This document shows, in pieces, positions 17,172 through 25,421 of a stretch of 32,000 nt of DNA. The stretch comes from an uncultured Erysipelotrichaceae bacterium (GTDB lineage: Bacteria > Bacillota_I > Bacilli_A > Erysipelotrichales > Erysipelotrichaceae). Where the stretch lies: assembly GCA_942492995.1 (NCBI GenBank), contig OW818653.1:1890001-1922000 (forward strand), read 5' to 3'. The position numbers were made by a program, and so were the translations under genes. Each line of letters opens with the position of its first letter. Within the stretch, counting starts at the first letter, position 1. The notes below the pieces were generated by a model, which was not told the DNA's origin, made no database searches, and worked only from the letters and a program-made list of their open reading frames with translations.

Positions 17172-18212
17172 ATGAGTAAATTTAACATTAAGACACCTTC
17201 ATTGAATGTCAAAAATTTAGTAAAGAATCCGTATTTACAATTTATCGTCTTCGGTTTATTGTTAAGTACTTTGCCGATCCTGGCCACCCAATTTTCCTTT
17301 ATTAAATCAGCGTATATCACAACCATCGGTGTCACTCTGATTTATGCCATAGCCGCCTTGGGCTTAAACCTCCTCCTTGGATGGTCAGGATTAATTTCAT
17401 TAGGTACAGCTGGGTTTATGGGTCTTGCGAGTTATATCTCAGCGTATCTAACTGTAGATATGGGACTTCCTTTCGAAGTCGCATTACTCGCCGCAATTCT
17501 AATTCCTACCTTAATCGGGGTATTAGTCGGATTAGTCTCACTCAAAATCGAAGGTCTTTATTTAGCGATTGCGACCTTGGCGGTTTCAGAAATTTTACGA
17601 AAGACCTTCGAAGAGTTTGACCAATTTACTGGTGCATTTAGTGGTAAATCTGCTAAGTTCCCCGTTCTATTCAATTCATTTCAGTTAGACCGTGCAACGA
17701 TGTATTACTTCATCGTATTCGTACTAATCATCATTATGTTAATTACATATAACTTAGTGAATGGACAAATGGGACGTGCACTTAATGCGATGCGTGGTTC
17801 AGAAGCTGCGGCACAAGCAATGGGTGTTAACCTATTGAAATATCGTTTAGTCGCATTTGCCTTAGCTACTATGTTCGCATCAGTATCCGGTGTTCTCTAT
17901 GTACACTTTATCCGATATTCCTATCCATCCTCATGGACACTTAAGTTGTCATTAGACTTCTTGGCCATGATTGTGATTGGTGGAGTACGTTCGATTTATG
18001 GAACAGTACTTGGCGCATTCATTGTATTTGCGGTTCCTGATTTGTTCCTAAAACAAATTCCGTATTTTAATCAATTGTCCTACACCTTAAATGGAATTCT
18101 AATTATCTTAGTCATTATGTTCTATCCAAATGGAATTATTATGATTTTCAAAGATATTAAGAATCTATTCAATAAGTTAATTAAGAAAGGAAATGGGAAT
18201 CATGCTAAGTGA
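17172..18212 (+). CDS. HAAT-family (LivM-type) ABC transporter permease
   Basis: LivM-like features: GLNLLLGWSGLISLGTAGFMGLASY, GRALNAMRGSEAAAQAMGVN. Confidence 0.88.
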   Translation: MSKFNIKTPSLNVKNLVKNPYLQFIVFGLLLSTLPILATQFSFIKSAYITTIGVTLIYAIAALGLNLLLGWSGLISLGTAGFMGLASYISAYLTVDMGLPFEVALLAAILIPTLIGVLVGLVSLKIEGLYLAIATLAVSEILRKTFEEFDQFTGAFSGKSAKFPVLFNSFQLDRATMYYFIVFVLIIIMLITYNLVNGQMGRALNAMRGSEAAAQAMGVNLLKYRLVAFALATMFASVSGVLYVHFIRYSYPSSWTLKLSLDFLAMIVIGGVRSIYGTVLGAFIVFAVPDLFLKQIPYFNQLSYTLNGILIILVIMFYPNGIIMIFKDIKNLFNKLIKKGNGNHAK

Positions 18213-19008
18213 AAATGAAGTTCTGAAGATAGAGAACTTATCCATTGCCTTCGGAGGATTAAAAGCAGTCGATAATCTTACATTTGAAATTAAGAAGAAT
18301 GAAATATTTGGTTTAATTGGACCGAATGGTGCAGGTAAAACAACGGTATTTAATTGTATTACCCAGTTCTATAAACCCAATGATGGAAAGATATTGTTTA
18401 GATTAAAAGATGGCAGTGAAACGAATTTAGTTGATCATAAAGTACATGAAATTATCAAACTTGGTTTAGTACGTACCTTCCAGAACGTTGAACTCATTCG
18501 TGAGTTAAGCATCTTAGATAACGTTATGATTGGGGCACATATCGACTTTAAAGCGAGCATTCTTGAACAAGCTCTAAGATTACCAAGAGCGCGTAAAGAA
18601 GAGAAGGCATTACGGTTAGAAGCAGAAGAAATATTAAAGCGTTTAGGGATATGGGATCGTAAAGATATGTTGGTCTTTGGACAACCATATGGGATTCTAA
18701 AGAAAGTTGAAATGGCACGTACCTTAATGTGTCGTCCAACTCTCATTATTCTAGATGAACCAGCAGCGGGGTTAAATGATGTGGAAACCATTCAACTAGC
18801 TCAATTAATACGTACCATTCGCGATGAATTTAATTGTTCAGTTCTATTAGTTGAACATGATATGCGCTTAGTTATGGATGTATGTGATCGTATTTGTGCT
18901 ATCTCGTTCGGTAAATTCTTAGCGAAGGATACAGCGAAAGAGATTCAGAAGAATAAATCGGTACAAGAAGCGTACCTAGGAAGTTCTGAGGAAATTCAAC
19001 ATGTCTAG
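18193..19008 (+). CDS. HAAT-family (LivG-type) ABC ATP-binding protein
   Basis: It has Walker A GPNGAGKTT, Walker B LIILDEPAAG and H-loop LVEHDM. The true start may be ATG 18202. Confidence 0.9.
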   Translation: MGIMLSENEVLKIENLSIAFGGLKAVDNLTFEIKKNEIFGLIGPNGAGKTTVFNCITQFYKPNDGKILFRLKDGSETNLVDHKVHEIIKLGLVRTFQNVELIRELSILDNVMIGAHIDFKASILEQALRLPRARKEEKALRLEAEEILKRLGIWDRKDMLVFGQPYGILKKVEMARTLMCRPTLIILDEPAAGLNDVETIQLAQLIRTIRDEFNCSVLLVEHDMRLVMDVCDRICAISFGKFLAKDTAKEIQKNKSVQEAYLGSSEEIQHV

Positions 19009-19720
19009 TACAGCACTCTTTATTAAAGGCTTAAAAGTTAGATATGGAGCGATTGAAGCACTTAAAGGCATTGATATGGAAGTTAAAGAAGGCGATGTCG
19101 TAGCGATATTGGGTGCGAATGGGGCTGGTAAAACGACCACATTACGTACAATATCAGGACTCATCGAACCAGCAGAAGGAAGCATTCTCTTCTACAATCA
19201 TGAGATTGGTAGGGAAGAACCTGAGAAGATTGCGGCACTTGGTTTATCACAATCACCAGAAGGAAGACAAGTATTTAGAGATTTAACCGTAGAAGAAAAC
19301 TTGAAAGTAGGTGCATTTACGGTAAGAGATAAAAAGATTATTAAAGAACAGTTTGAAAAAGTATATCGTTACTTTCCAGTTCTTAAGGAACGTAAAAACC
19401 AAATATCATCAACCTTATCCGGTGGTGAACAACAGATGTTAGCGATTGGACGAGCATTGATGAGTAATCCTAAAATATTACTCTTAGATGAACCATCCCT
19501 TGGTCTAGCACCATTAATCATTCGCGATATTATGAACATCGTTCTTGAGATTAAGAAATCAGGAACTACCGTAATCATTGTCGAACAGAATGCGGCACAA
19601 ACCTTAAAGATTGCGGATTATGCGTATGTGTTGGAGTTGGGTGAAATCAGTACTCATGGTCCAGCGAAAGACTTGCTTAACGATCCTAAGCTCATTGAAG
19701 CGTATCTTGGATCACATTAA
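19001..19720 (+). CDS. HAAT-family (LivF-type) ABC ATP-binding protein
   Basis: It has Walker A GANGAGKTT, the signature LSGGEQQMLAIGRAL, Walker B LLLDEPSLGLAP, and EQN. Confidence 0.9.
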   Translation: MSSTALFIKGLKVRYGAIEALKGIDMEVKEGDVVAILGANGAGKTTTLRTISGLIEPAEGSILFYNHEIGREEPEKIAALGLSQSPEGRQVFRDLTVEENLKVGAFTVRDKKIIKEQFEKVYRYFPVLKERKNQISSTLSGGEQQMLAIGRALMSNPKILLLDEPSLGLAPLIIRDIMNIVLEIKKSGTTVIIVEQNAAQTLKIADYAYVLELGEISTHGPAKDLLNDPKLIEAYLGSH

Positions 19721-19766
19721 TTTGGTATCAATGCGAAACGCATTATATAAACAAAAGGAGGAATAC

Positions 19767-20993
19767 ATGATGTTTAAGAAGTTGTTTATGGTTCTTACAG
19801 TTATGGCTCTAGCGACGACACTCGTTGCTTGTGCGCCAAAAGAAGAAGTAGTTGAAGAAGTCGCAGCTCAAGGGATTACAGACACTGAAGTGTTAATCGC
19901 TAACTGTGCAGCAACATCTGGTGCATTTGCGCCAGTTGGTACTCCGTTTATTGCAGGGATTGAAGCTTACTTAAAAACGGTCAATGATGCTGGTGGTATC
20001 GATGGACGTACAATTAAATTCTTACACCAAGACGATGAATTTGATCCTGCAAAGGGTAAAGCATGTTTAGCATCTATGGTTGAAGATGAAAAAGTCTTCG
20101 CTATCGTTGGTCACTTTGGTACTCCAGTTGTTGGGGCTACTTTAGAAGATCTTAAAGATTATGGTATTCCAGCTGTATACTTCGCTACAGGTATCGGTCA
20201 ACTTTATAATGATAAAGCTGAAGGTCGCGACCGTGGTATTATGCCTGTTCAACCAATTTATGTCACAGAAGGACAAATCATGGTTGCGCGTGCTGTTGGG
20301 GATTTCGGAGCTAAGACAATCGGTATTATCTATACAAATGATGATGCTGGTAAAGACATTTTAGCTGGTGCTCAAAAGAAAGCTGCTGAATTAGGTATTA
20401 CATTAGTTGAAGCTCAAGTTGCGCCTGGTACAGATGATGCGTCTGCAGCAGTTACAACAATTAAAGAAGCAAATGTAGATTTCATTATCGGTGGAGCAAT
20501 CCAAGCAACGATTCCTACAATCATTAAAGAATTAGCTGCTCAAGGTAATGACAAAGATTTAATCACAACATACGTTAACGTTGCGCCAGTTATTGCGGAA
20601 TCCGTAATGAATGAAATCGCTGGTAAATTTGATGTATACGGTAGTGGTTGGGTATCATTTGAAGGTGATGACCGTATGGCTGCACTTAATGAATTCGCAA
20701 CTGCTTTACCTGAATATTCTGCTAATGCATACGCTATGACTGGCTGGATTGCCGCAACATTCTTCGTAGAAGGTTTACGTCGTTTAGAAGGTGACAAGAT
20801 TGTTACTTGGGAAAACTACTTAGACGCTATGGAATCTGCACCAATCCAAAATCCATTTGGTGGTTTAATTGATTACACAAATGGTCTACGTGCTGGTACA
20901 CAAGAAATGAACTTATCCAAGATCAACCCTACAACTCCTACTAAATGGGAAGTTGTCGATGGTTTAAGATCAATGGATGATTTATTAAGCTAA
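19767..20993 (+). CDS. HAAT-family (LivJ-like, Peripla_BP_6) substrate-binding lipoprotein, ligand unknown
   Basis: An AAAGGAGG SD precedes ATGATG at 19767. The signal peptide with lipobox is MMFKKLFMVLTVMALATTLVAC. The body is type-I PBP-like (IDGRTIKFLHQDDEFDP..., VGHFGTPVV). The track start at 19611 lies inside livF and is an artefact. Confidence 0.85.
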   Translation: MMFKKLFMVLTVMALATTLVACAPKEEVVEEVAAQGITDTEVLIANCAATSGAFAPVGTPFIAGIEAYLKTVNDAGGIDGRTIKFLHQDDEFDPAKGKACLASMVEDEKVFAIVGHFGTPVVGATLEDLKDYGIPAVYFATGIGQLYNDKAEGRDRGIMPVQPIYVTEGQIMVARAVGDFGAKTIGIIYTNDDAGKDILAGAQKKAAELGITLVEAQVAPGTDDASAAVTTIKEANVDFIIGGAIQATIPTIIKELAAQGNDKDLITTYVNVAPVIAESVMNEIAGKFDVYGSGWVSFEGDDRMAALNEFATALPEYSANAYAMTGWIAATFFVEGLRRLEGDKIVTWENYLDAMESAPIQNPFGGLIDYTNGLRAGTQEMNLSKINPTTPTKWEVVDGLRSMDDLLS

Positions 20994-21016
20994 TAGGTTA
21001 CAATTAAATAGAACTG

Positions 21017-21042
21017 GTTGCGGAAGTTAAACCTTCCGCAAC
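21017..21042 (+). other. Strong intra-operon hairpin without a U-tract
   Basis: Perfect 10-bp stem GTTGCGGAAG / CTTCCGCAAC with a 6-nt loop, followed by ACCCTTTATGG, which is not a T-run. Confidence 0.6.
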
Positions 21043-21049
21043 ACCCTTT

Positions 21050-22369
21050 ATGGAGAAAACAATAATGGATATTTCAATCAAAAAGATTACTGCAAGTGAA
21101 GCTGTTAAAAAAGTAAAAAGTGGAATGATGATCGTTACAGGACTTGGATGTGCTGAAGGACGTGCGTTCTTAGGCGAATTACATACTGTTGCGGATGAAG
21201 TGAGTGGCGTTACAGTTACGAACTGTCTACCGATGTCAGATCCAGAGTTTATGAAGAAGGAATATAAAAATTCATTCTATGTGGATGGATGGTTCTATTC
21301 CCCAGCTTTACGTAAAGCACATCAAAATGGAAATATATCCTTTATCCCGAATCATTTACATCTTGCTGGGACAAAGCGTTTAGCGCATGTTCATACAGAT
21401 ATATATGTCGGTGCTTGTTCAATGCCTGATAAACACGGATATGTCTCATTATCCTTGAGTAATACGTATGAAAAACGTGTCATTGAAGAAGCAGATTTAG
21501 TTATATTAGAAATTAACCCACATATGCCATATACCTATGGTGATTTAGAATTGCATTTAGATGAAGTAGACTATGTAATTGAAGCAGATTATTATCCTGC
21601 AGAATTACCGGATGTCGAACCGAATGAACGAGATATTGCGATTGGGAATAATATTGCGAGCCAAATCAATGATGGAGATTGTATCCAATTAGGGATTGGT
21701 GGTATTCCAAATGCGGTCGCATCTGCACTAAAGAATAAACGTGATTTAGGGGTTCATACAGAGATGTTAACAACTGGTCTCATGAAACTCGCTAAAATGG
21801 GTGTTATTACAAACAAACGTAAAACATTACATAAAGGTAAGATGGTCTGTACTTTTGCGATGGGAAGTAAAGAACTCTATGAGTTTATTGATCATAATCC
21901 AGGTGTCGCAGTTCTTGATGGTGCGTATACCAATGATCCACATATTATTGGGTTAAACGATAATATGGTTTCAATTAATACAACCTTAGAAATTGATTTA
22001 ACTGGACAATGTTGTTCAGAGTCTATTGGTTCTACTCAATTTAGTGGAACAGGTGGACAAGTTGATACTGCAGTTGGGGCTCAAAATGCGAAGAACGGAA
22101 GATCGTTTATAGCGTTATATTCTACCGCAATGGTTAAGAATCCTGAAACTGGTGAACGTGTTGAAACATCTAAGATTGTCCCTCAATTAAAGCAAGGGGC
22201 TGTCGTAACCTTAAGTCGTAATGATGTGAATTATGTCGTGACTGAATATGGAATGGTTAATCTAAAGGGTACTAATGTACGTGAACGTGTGAAGTTGTTA
22301 ATCTCGATTGCACATCCTAAATTCAGAGATGAATTGCTTGAACAAGCTAAATCATTGGGAATCTTATAA
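21050..22369 (+). CDS. Acetyl-CoA hydrolase/transferase-family CoA-transferase (4-hydroxybutyrate / butyryl-CoA:acetate type)
   Basis: It has the family motifs GIGGIPNAV, HTEMLT and SGTGGQVD, and the expected length of about 435 aa. ATG 21065, with GGAG 9 nt upstream, is an alternative start. Confidence 0.85.
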   Translation: MEKTIMDISIKKITASEAVKKVKSGMMIVTGLGCAEGRAFLGELHTVADEVSGVTVTNCLPMSDPEFMKKEYKNSFYVDGWFYSPALRKAHQNGNISFIPNHLHLAGTKRLAHVHTDIYVGACSMPDKHGYVSLSLSNTYEKRVIEEADLVILEINPHMPYTYGDLELHLDEVDYVIEADYYPAELPDVEPNERDIAIGNNIASQINDGDCIQLGIGGIPNAVASALKNKRDLGVHTEMLTTGLMKLAKMGVITNKRKTLHKGKMVCTFAMGSKELYEFIDHNPGVAVLDGAYTNDPHIIGLNDNMVSINTTLEIDLTGQCCSESIGSTQFSGTGGQVDTAVGAQNAKNGRSFIALYSTAMVKNPETGERVETSKIVPQLKQGAVVTLSRNDVNYVVTEYGMVNLKGTNVRERVKLLISIAHPKFRDELLEQAKSLGIL

Positions 22370-23184
22370 TGGCTACTTTAGATTTTAAAGATTATTCAAT
22401 TTACTATGAAGTGTATGGCAAAGGTAAACCACTTGTTATGCTCAACGGAATTATGATGTCTACAGCGAGTTGGCAAATGTTTATTATGAACTTTAGTCAA
22501 TCCAATCAATTGATTCTTGTCGATATGTTAGATCAAGGTCAATCGTCTAAATTAGAAGGACAAATCTACACACAAGATATTCAAGTTGAAGTTGTTAAGA
22601 CGTTAATTGAAAAGTTAAACTTAAAAGAAGTTGCGTTATTTGGGATATCGTATGGTGGCGAAGTTGCGATTAAACTTGCGATTAAATACCCGCATTTAGT
22701 CGAAAGATGTTTACTCTTTAATACCACGAGTTATACCAATTCATGGTTAAAAGAAATTGGTAATGCGTGGAATCTTGCGAGTCCAAACGCTGAACAATAC
22801 TATGGCACAACTATCCCAGTAATTTATTCATCCGACTTTTATGAATCCAAGATTAAATGGATGACGCATCGTAAACAAATCCTTTTAAATGTATTCGCTA
22901 ATCCAGTGTTTCAACGTGCAATGGTACGCTTAACTAACAGCGCAAATTCATTGGATGAACGACATAATCTACATAAAATAAAATGCCCATGTTTGATCGT
23001 TGGATGTGATGAAGATGCGATTACACCTATTTCTCATCAACGGTATCTTCATGAAAACATTAAGTCTTCAAGTTTAGTTATTATTCCTGGTTCTGGGCAT
23101 GCGTCAATGTATGAGAAACCAATGTTATTTAGTTCACTTGTACTTGGATTTGTGCATTCGTTGATTATTCCAGATGTGGTATAA
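22369..23184 (+). CDS. Serine alpha/beta-hydrolase (second copy, different subfamily)
   Basis: It has the nucleophile elbow GISYGG and late Asp/His regions (VGCDEDAITP, GSGHASMYEKP). The start overlaps the upstream stop (TAATG). Confidence 0.8.
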   Translation: MATLDFKDYSIYYEVYGKGKPLVMLNGIMMSTASWQMFIMNFSQSNQLILVDMLDQGQSSKLEGQIYTQDIQVEVVKTLIEKLNLKEVALFGISYGGEVAIKLAIKYPHLVERCLLFNTTSYTNSWLKEIGNAWNLASPNAEQYYGTTIPVIYSSDFYESKIKWMTHRKQILLNVFANPVFQRAMVRLTNSANSLDERHNLHKIKCPCLIVGCDEDAITPISHQRYLHENIKSSSLVIIPGSGHASMYEKPMLFSSLVLGFVHSLIIPDVV

Positions 23185-23207
23185 TTGAAACGATTTGAGG
23201 GAAAATT

Positions 23208-23798
23208 GTGAACACTCTTGTAAACCAACCAAAAACTAAACGAGGACAAGCGACACTAGATCGACTTTGTGCTGCGGCTGAACAATTATTCTTTAAAAAA
23301 GGGTATCATGGGACTTCGATTAATGATATTACCTATAAGGCAAAAGTTGCGCCAGGAACGTTCTACATTTACTTTACGGATAAATTGAGTTTGTATAAAT
23401 ATCTTCTTATTTCGTATAGTCATCAAATTCGTATGAATATTGCGAAGGATGTGAAGGATTGTAAGGATCGTAAAGAAATAGAGCGGATTGGGTTAAAGAG
23501 TTTCTTAGTATTTATCAAAGAAAATAAACATGTTTATAACATTATTTGGGAGTCCTTGTATATCGATAAGAAATTATTTATCGAATATTATACCGATTTC
23601 GCAGCGAATTACGTTAAACATATAACTGAAGCACAAGCGATGGGTGAAATGAAAAATCATGATCCTGAAGTTGTGGCATATATCTTAATGGGTGTTTCAA
23701 ACTTTATTGGGTTGAATTGGATTATGTTCAAAGAATCCAGTGAATTTGATACAGTTGTAGATAAAGTTATTAAGGCATTAGATGAAGGATTATTTTAA
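23208..23798 (+). CDS. TetR/AcrR-family transcriptional regulator
   Basis: The N-terminal TetR HTH reads LDRLCAAAEQLFFKKGYHGTSINDITYKAKVAPGTFYIYF. It uses a GTG start with a GAGGG SD. Confidence 0.88.
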   Translation: MNTLVNQPKTKRGQATLDRLCAAAEQLFFKKGYHGTSINDITYKAKVAPGTFYIYFTDKLSLYKYLLISYSHQIRMNIAKDVKDCKDRKEIERIGLKSFLVFIKENKHVYNIIWESLYIDKKLFIEYYTDFAANYVKHITEAQAMGEMKNHDPEVVAYILMGVSNFIGLNWIMFKESSEFDTVVDKVIKALDEGLF

Positions 23799-23818
23799 AG
23801 GTGGTAACACCTTTTTTT
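23798..23818 (+). terminator. Rho-independent terminator ending the 12-gene operon
   Basis: AAGGTG / CACCTT stem with a GTAA loop and a T7 run. Confidence 0.8.
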
Positions 23819-23852
23819 AGTTGTAATTCATGTTTTAAGGTATAATAGATTT

Positions 23853-24422
23853 ATGCAAAAACACACTATTTTGGCAAGCCAAAGCCCACGTCGTAGAGAG
23901 TTACTCAATTTAATGGGAATACCCTTTACTACTGTGAATCCAAATGTTGATGAAGTGATTAATCCGAATGTTTCTCTTGAGCAAGCAATCGAAGAATTAG
24001 CATATCTCAAGGCATTAGATGTTTTAAATCGTCATCCTGAGGCAAATATTATTTCAGCAGATACAATCGTCGTTTGTGATAATGAGGTTATGGGGAAACC
24101 AGTGAATGAAGAAGACGCGATTAGAATGCTTAAGCAATTATCTGGTAAGAAACATGAAGTTATTACCGGTGTATGTTTATTGAATACGGAGAAAGAAATA
24201 CGTTTCCATACTAAGACGATTGTTGAGTTTTATCCATATGATGAAGAACTTGTACGTGCATATGTTCAATCGAAAGTACCACTTGATAAAGCTGGTGCAT
24301 ATGGAATTCAAGATAAAGGCGCATTACTCGTAAAAGGCATTGAAGGGGATTATTATACCGTTATGGGATTACCAATTAGTGAACTCTATCAAGCACTAAA
24401 GAAATTCAATCAAGAGGGTTAA
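23853..24422 (+). CDS. maf: Maf-family nucleoside triphosphate pyrophosphatase
   Basis: It has ILASQSPRRRELL at the N-terminus, then ADTIV, KAGAYGIQ and TVMGLP. Confidence 0.92.
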   Translation: MQKHTILASQSPRRRELLNLMGIPFTTVNPNVDEVINPNVSLEQAIEELAYLKALDVLNRHPEANIISADTIVVCDNEVMGKPVNEEDAIRMLKQLSGKKHEVITGVCLLNTEKEIRFHTKTIVEFYPYDEELVRAYVQSKVPLDKAGAYGIQDKGALLVKGIEGDYYTVMGLPISELYQALKKFNQEG

Positions 24423-24423
24423 C

Positions 24424-25095
24424 ATGAATTTTATCTACTTTGGGACATTATTTGTCGTTGTTGGATTTAGTATAAATATTGGTGGAGGTCAAGTCGAGTT
24501 ATTTCCAGATGCGATTGGTTACTTTTTAATTCTAAAAGGTACACAAAGCTTATTAGAACTTCAACCAAATTTTAAGAAACTCCAACCACTTCTTTATTTC
24601 TTATTGGGGTATAATGCGTTAGTCTTTATCGATAAATTGTTTAACATTATCCCAAATAATGGCTATATTTACTTCGTGTTTGGATCAATCGCATTAGTGT
24701 TATATTTCTTAGTCTTCTATCGTTTATTCAAAGATTTCGATGGACTTAAAGTTAAACTAAGACGACCTGAAGAAGTAGATCGTTTGAATCGCTCATGGTT
24801 ACGATATACCTACGCGAGTATTATCTTCTTAGTGTTATCGGTGTTAGAAGCTATATACTTTATTACAACCTTAGGTTTTGCGGCTCTTCAAACCTTATTT
24901 ACCTATTTCCTTAACTACTCGACTACCCTTGAGGCTGCTGTTACAGAATTATTAAATAGTAATCAAATCGTTATAACAAGCGTATTTATTTATATCTTAA
25001 TTGCGATTGTAATTGTACTCACTATCTTGGTTTATCTCTTCAAAGTCATCTATTCATTGTATAAGATTAACAATGATTTCCGTACCGCTCAATAA
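24424..25095 (+). CDS. Hypothetical polytopic membrane protein
   Basis: It has about 6 hydrophobic segments and no recognisable motif. The start lies 1 nt after the maf stop. Confidence 0.6.
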   Translation: MNFIYFGTLFVVVGFSINIGGGQVELFPDAIGYFLILKGTQSLLELQPNFKKLQPLLYFLLGYNALVFIDKLFNIIPNNGYIYFVFGSIALVLYFLVFYRLFKDFDGLKVKLRRPEEVDRLNRSWLRYTYASIIFLVLSVLEAIYFITTLGFAALQTLFTYFLNYSTTLEAAVTELLNSNQIVITSVFIYILIAIVIVLTILVYLFKVIYSLYKINNDFRTAQ

Positions 25096-25107
25096 GCGGT
25101 ATTTTTA
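25083..25107 (+). terminator. Rho-independent terminator
   Basis: TACCGCT / AGCGGTA stem spanning the stop codon, followed by a T5 run. Confidence 0.65.
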
Positions 25108-25118
25108 TACTAAAAATC

Positions 25119-25147
25119 TTGCAATATTATTCTTTTTTCAGTATTAT
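25119..25147 (+). promoter_or_regulatory. Candidate promoter for the tRNA gene
   Basis: TTGCAA (25119-25124), a 17-nt spacer, then TATTAT (25142-25147), 13 nt before the mature tRNA 5' end. Confidence 0.5.
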
Positions 25148-25160
25148 AGAAAAGCATAAC

Positions 25161-25234
25161 GCCATCATAGTTCAATGGTAAAATAGAGCAATGGTAATGC
25201 TCAGCTCCGAGTTCGATTCTCGGTGATGGCACCA
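25161..25234 (+). tRNA. tRNA-Thr (anticodon GGU), CCA encoded
   Basis: Hand-folded. The acceptor stem is 7 bp (GCCATCA / TGATGGC). The anticodon stem is GAGCA / TGCTC with loop AUGGUAA, giving anticodon GGU. The T arm is CCGAG-TTCGATT-CTCGG. U8, the D-loop GG, U33 and purine 37 are present, as are G1:C72 and C2:G71. The total is 74 nt including CCA. The D stem is weak (3 bp including one G:U). Confidence 0.8.
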
Positions 25235-25294
25235 GTAAAAAAATAAACACTTTTAGTGAGTTTGTTTAGTTAAAAAGAATAGATATTTAGAAAA

Positions 25295-25330
25295 ACACAT
25301 AAGAGTTTAAAACTCAAATGTGTTTTTTTA
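25295..25330. terminator. Bidirectional terminator-like hairpin (serves the tRNA on + and the ROK kinase gene on -)
   Basis: ACACAT-AA-GAGT-loop-ACTC-AA-ATGTGT, flanked by A5 upstream and T7 downstream. Confidence 0.65.
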
Positions 25331-25421
25331 TGACAAAACTTGAAGTTGTAGAAATACTTTGTTCTAATGAGTATGTTTCTTCAGTAAACGTATAAAAATT
25401 CACTAGATCTGTATTTGTCTA

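Noticed and set aside
17381-17620. Same-strand alternative-frame ORFs 17381-17620 (inside the LivM-type permease) and 20161-20364 (inside the binding protein)
   Set aside because: They are embedded in well-supported CDSs in another frame. They have no SD and an Arg/Ser/Cys-rich composition. I treat them as frame artefacts.
19611-19766. N-terminal 52-codon extension of the binding-protein ORF
   Set aside because: It overlaps the 3' end of the LivF-type gene in another frame. A strong AAAGGAGG SD and a lipoprotein signal peptide begin at 19767.
13651-23184. An Ole-type (OleABCD) olefin or beta-lactone pathway, suggested by FabH-fold + SDR + alpha/beta-hydrolase
   Set aside because: There is no OleC-type AMP-dependent ligase or beta-lactone synthetase in the operon. 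The embedded importer and CoA-transferase do not fit that pathway.
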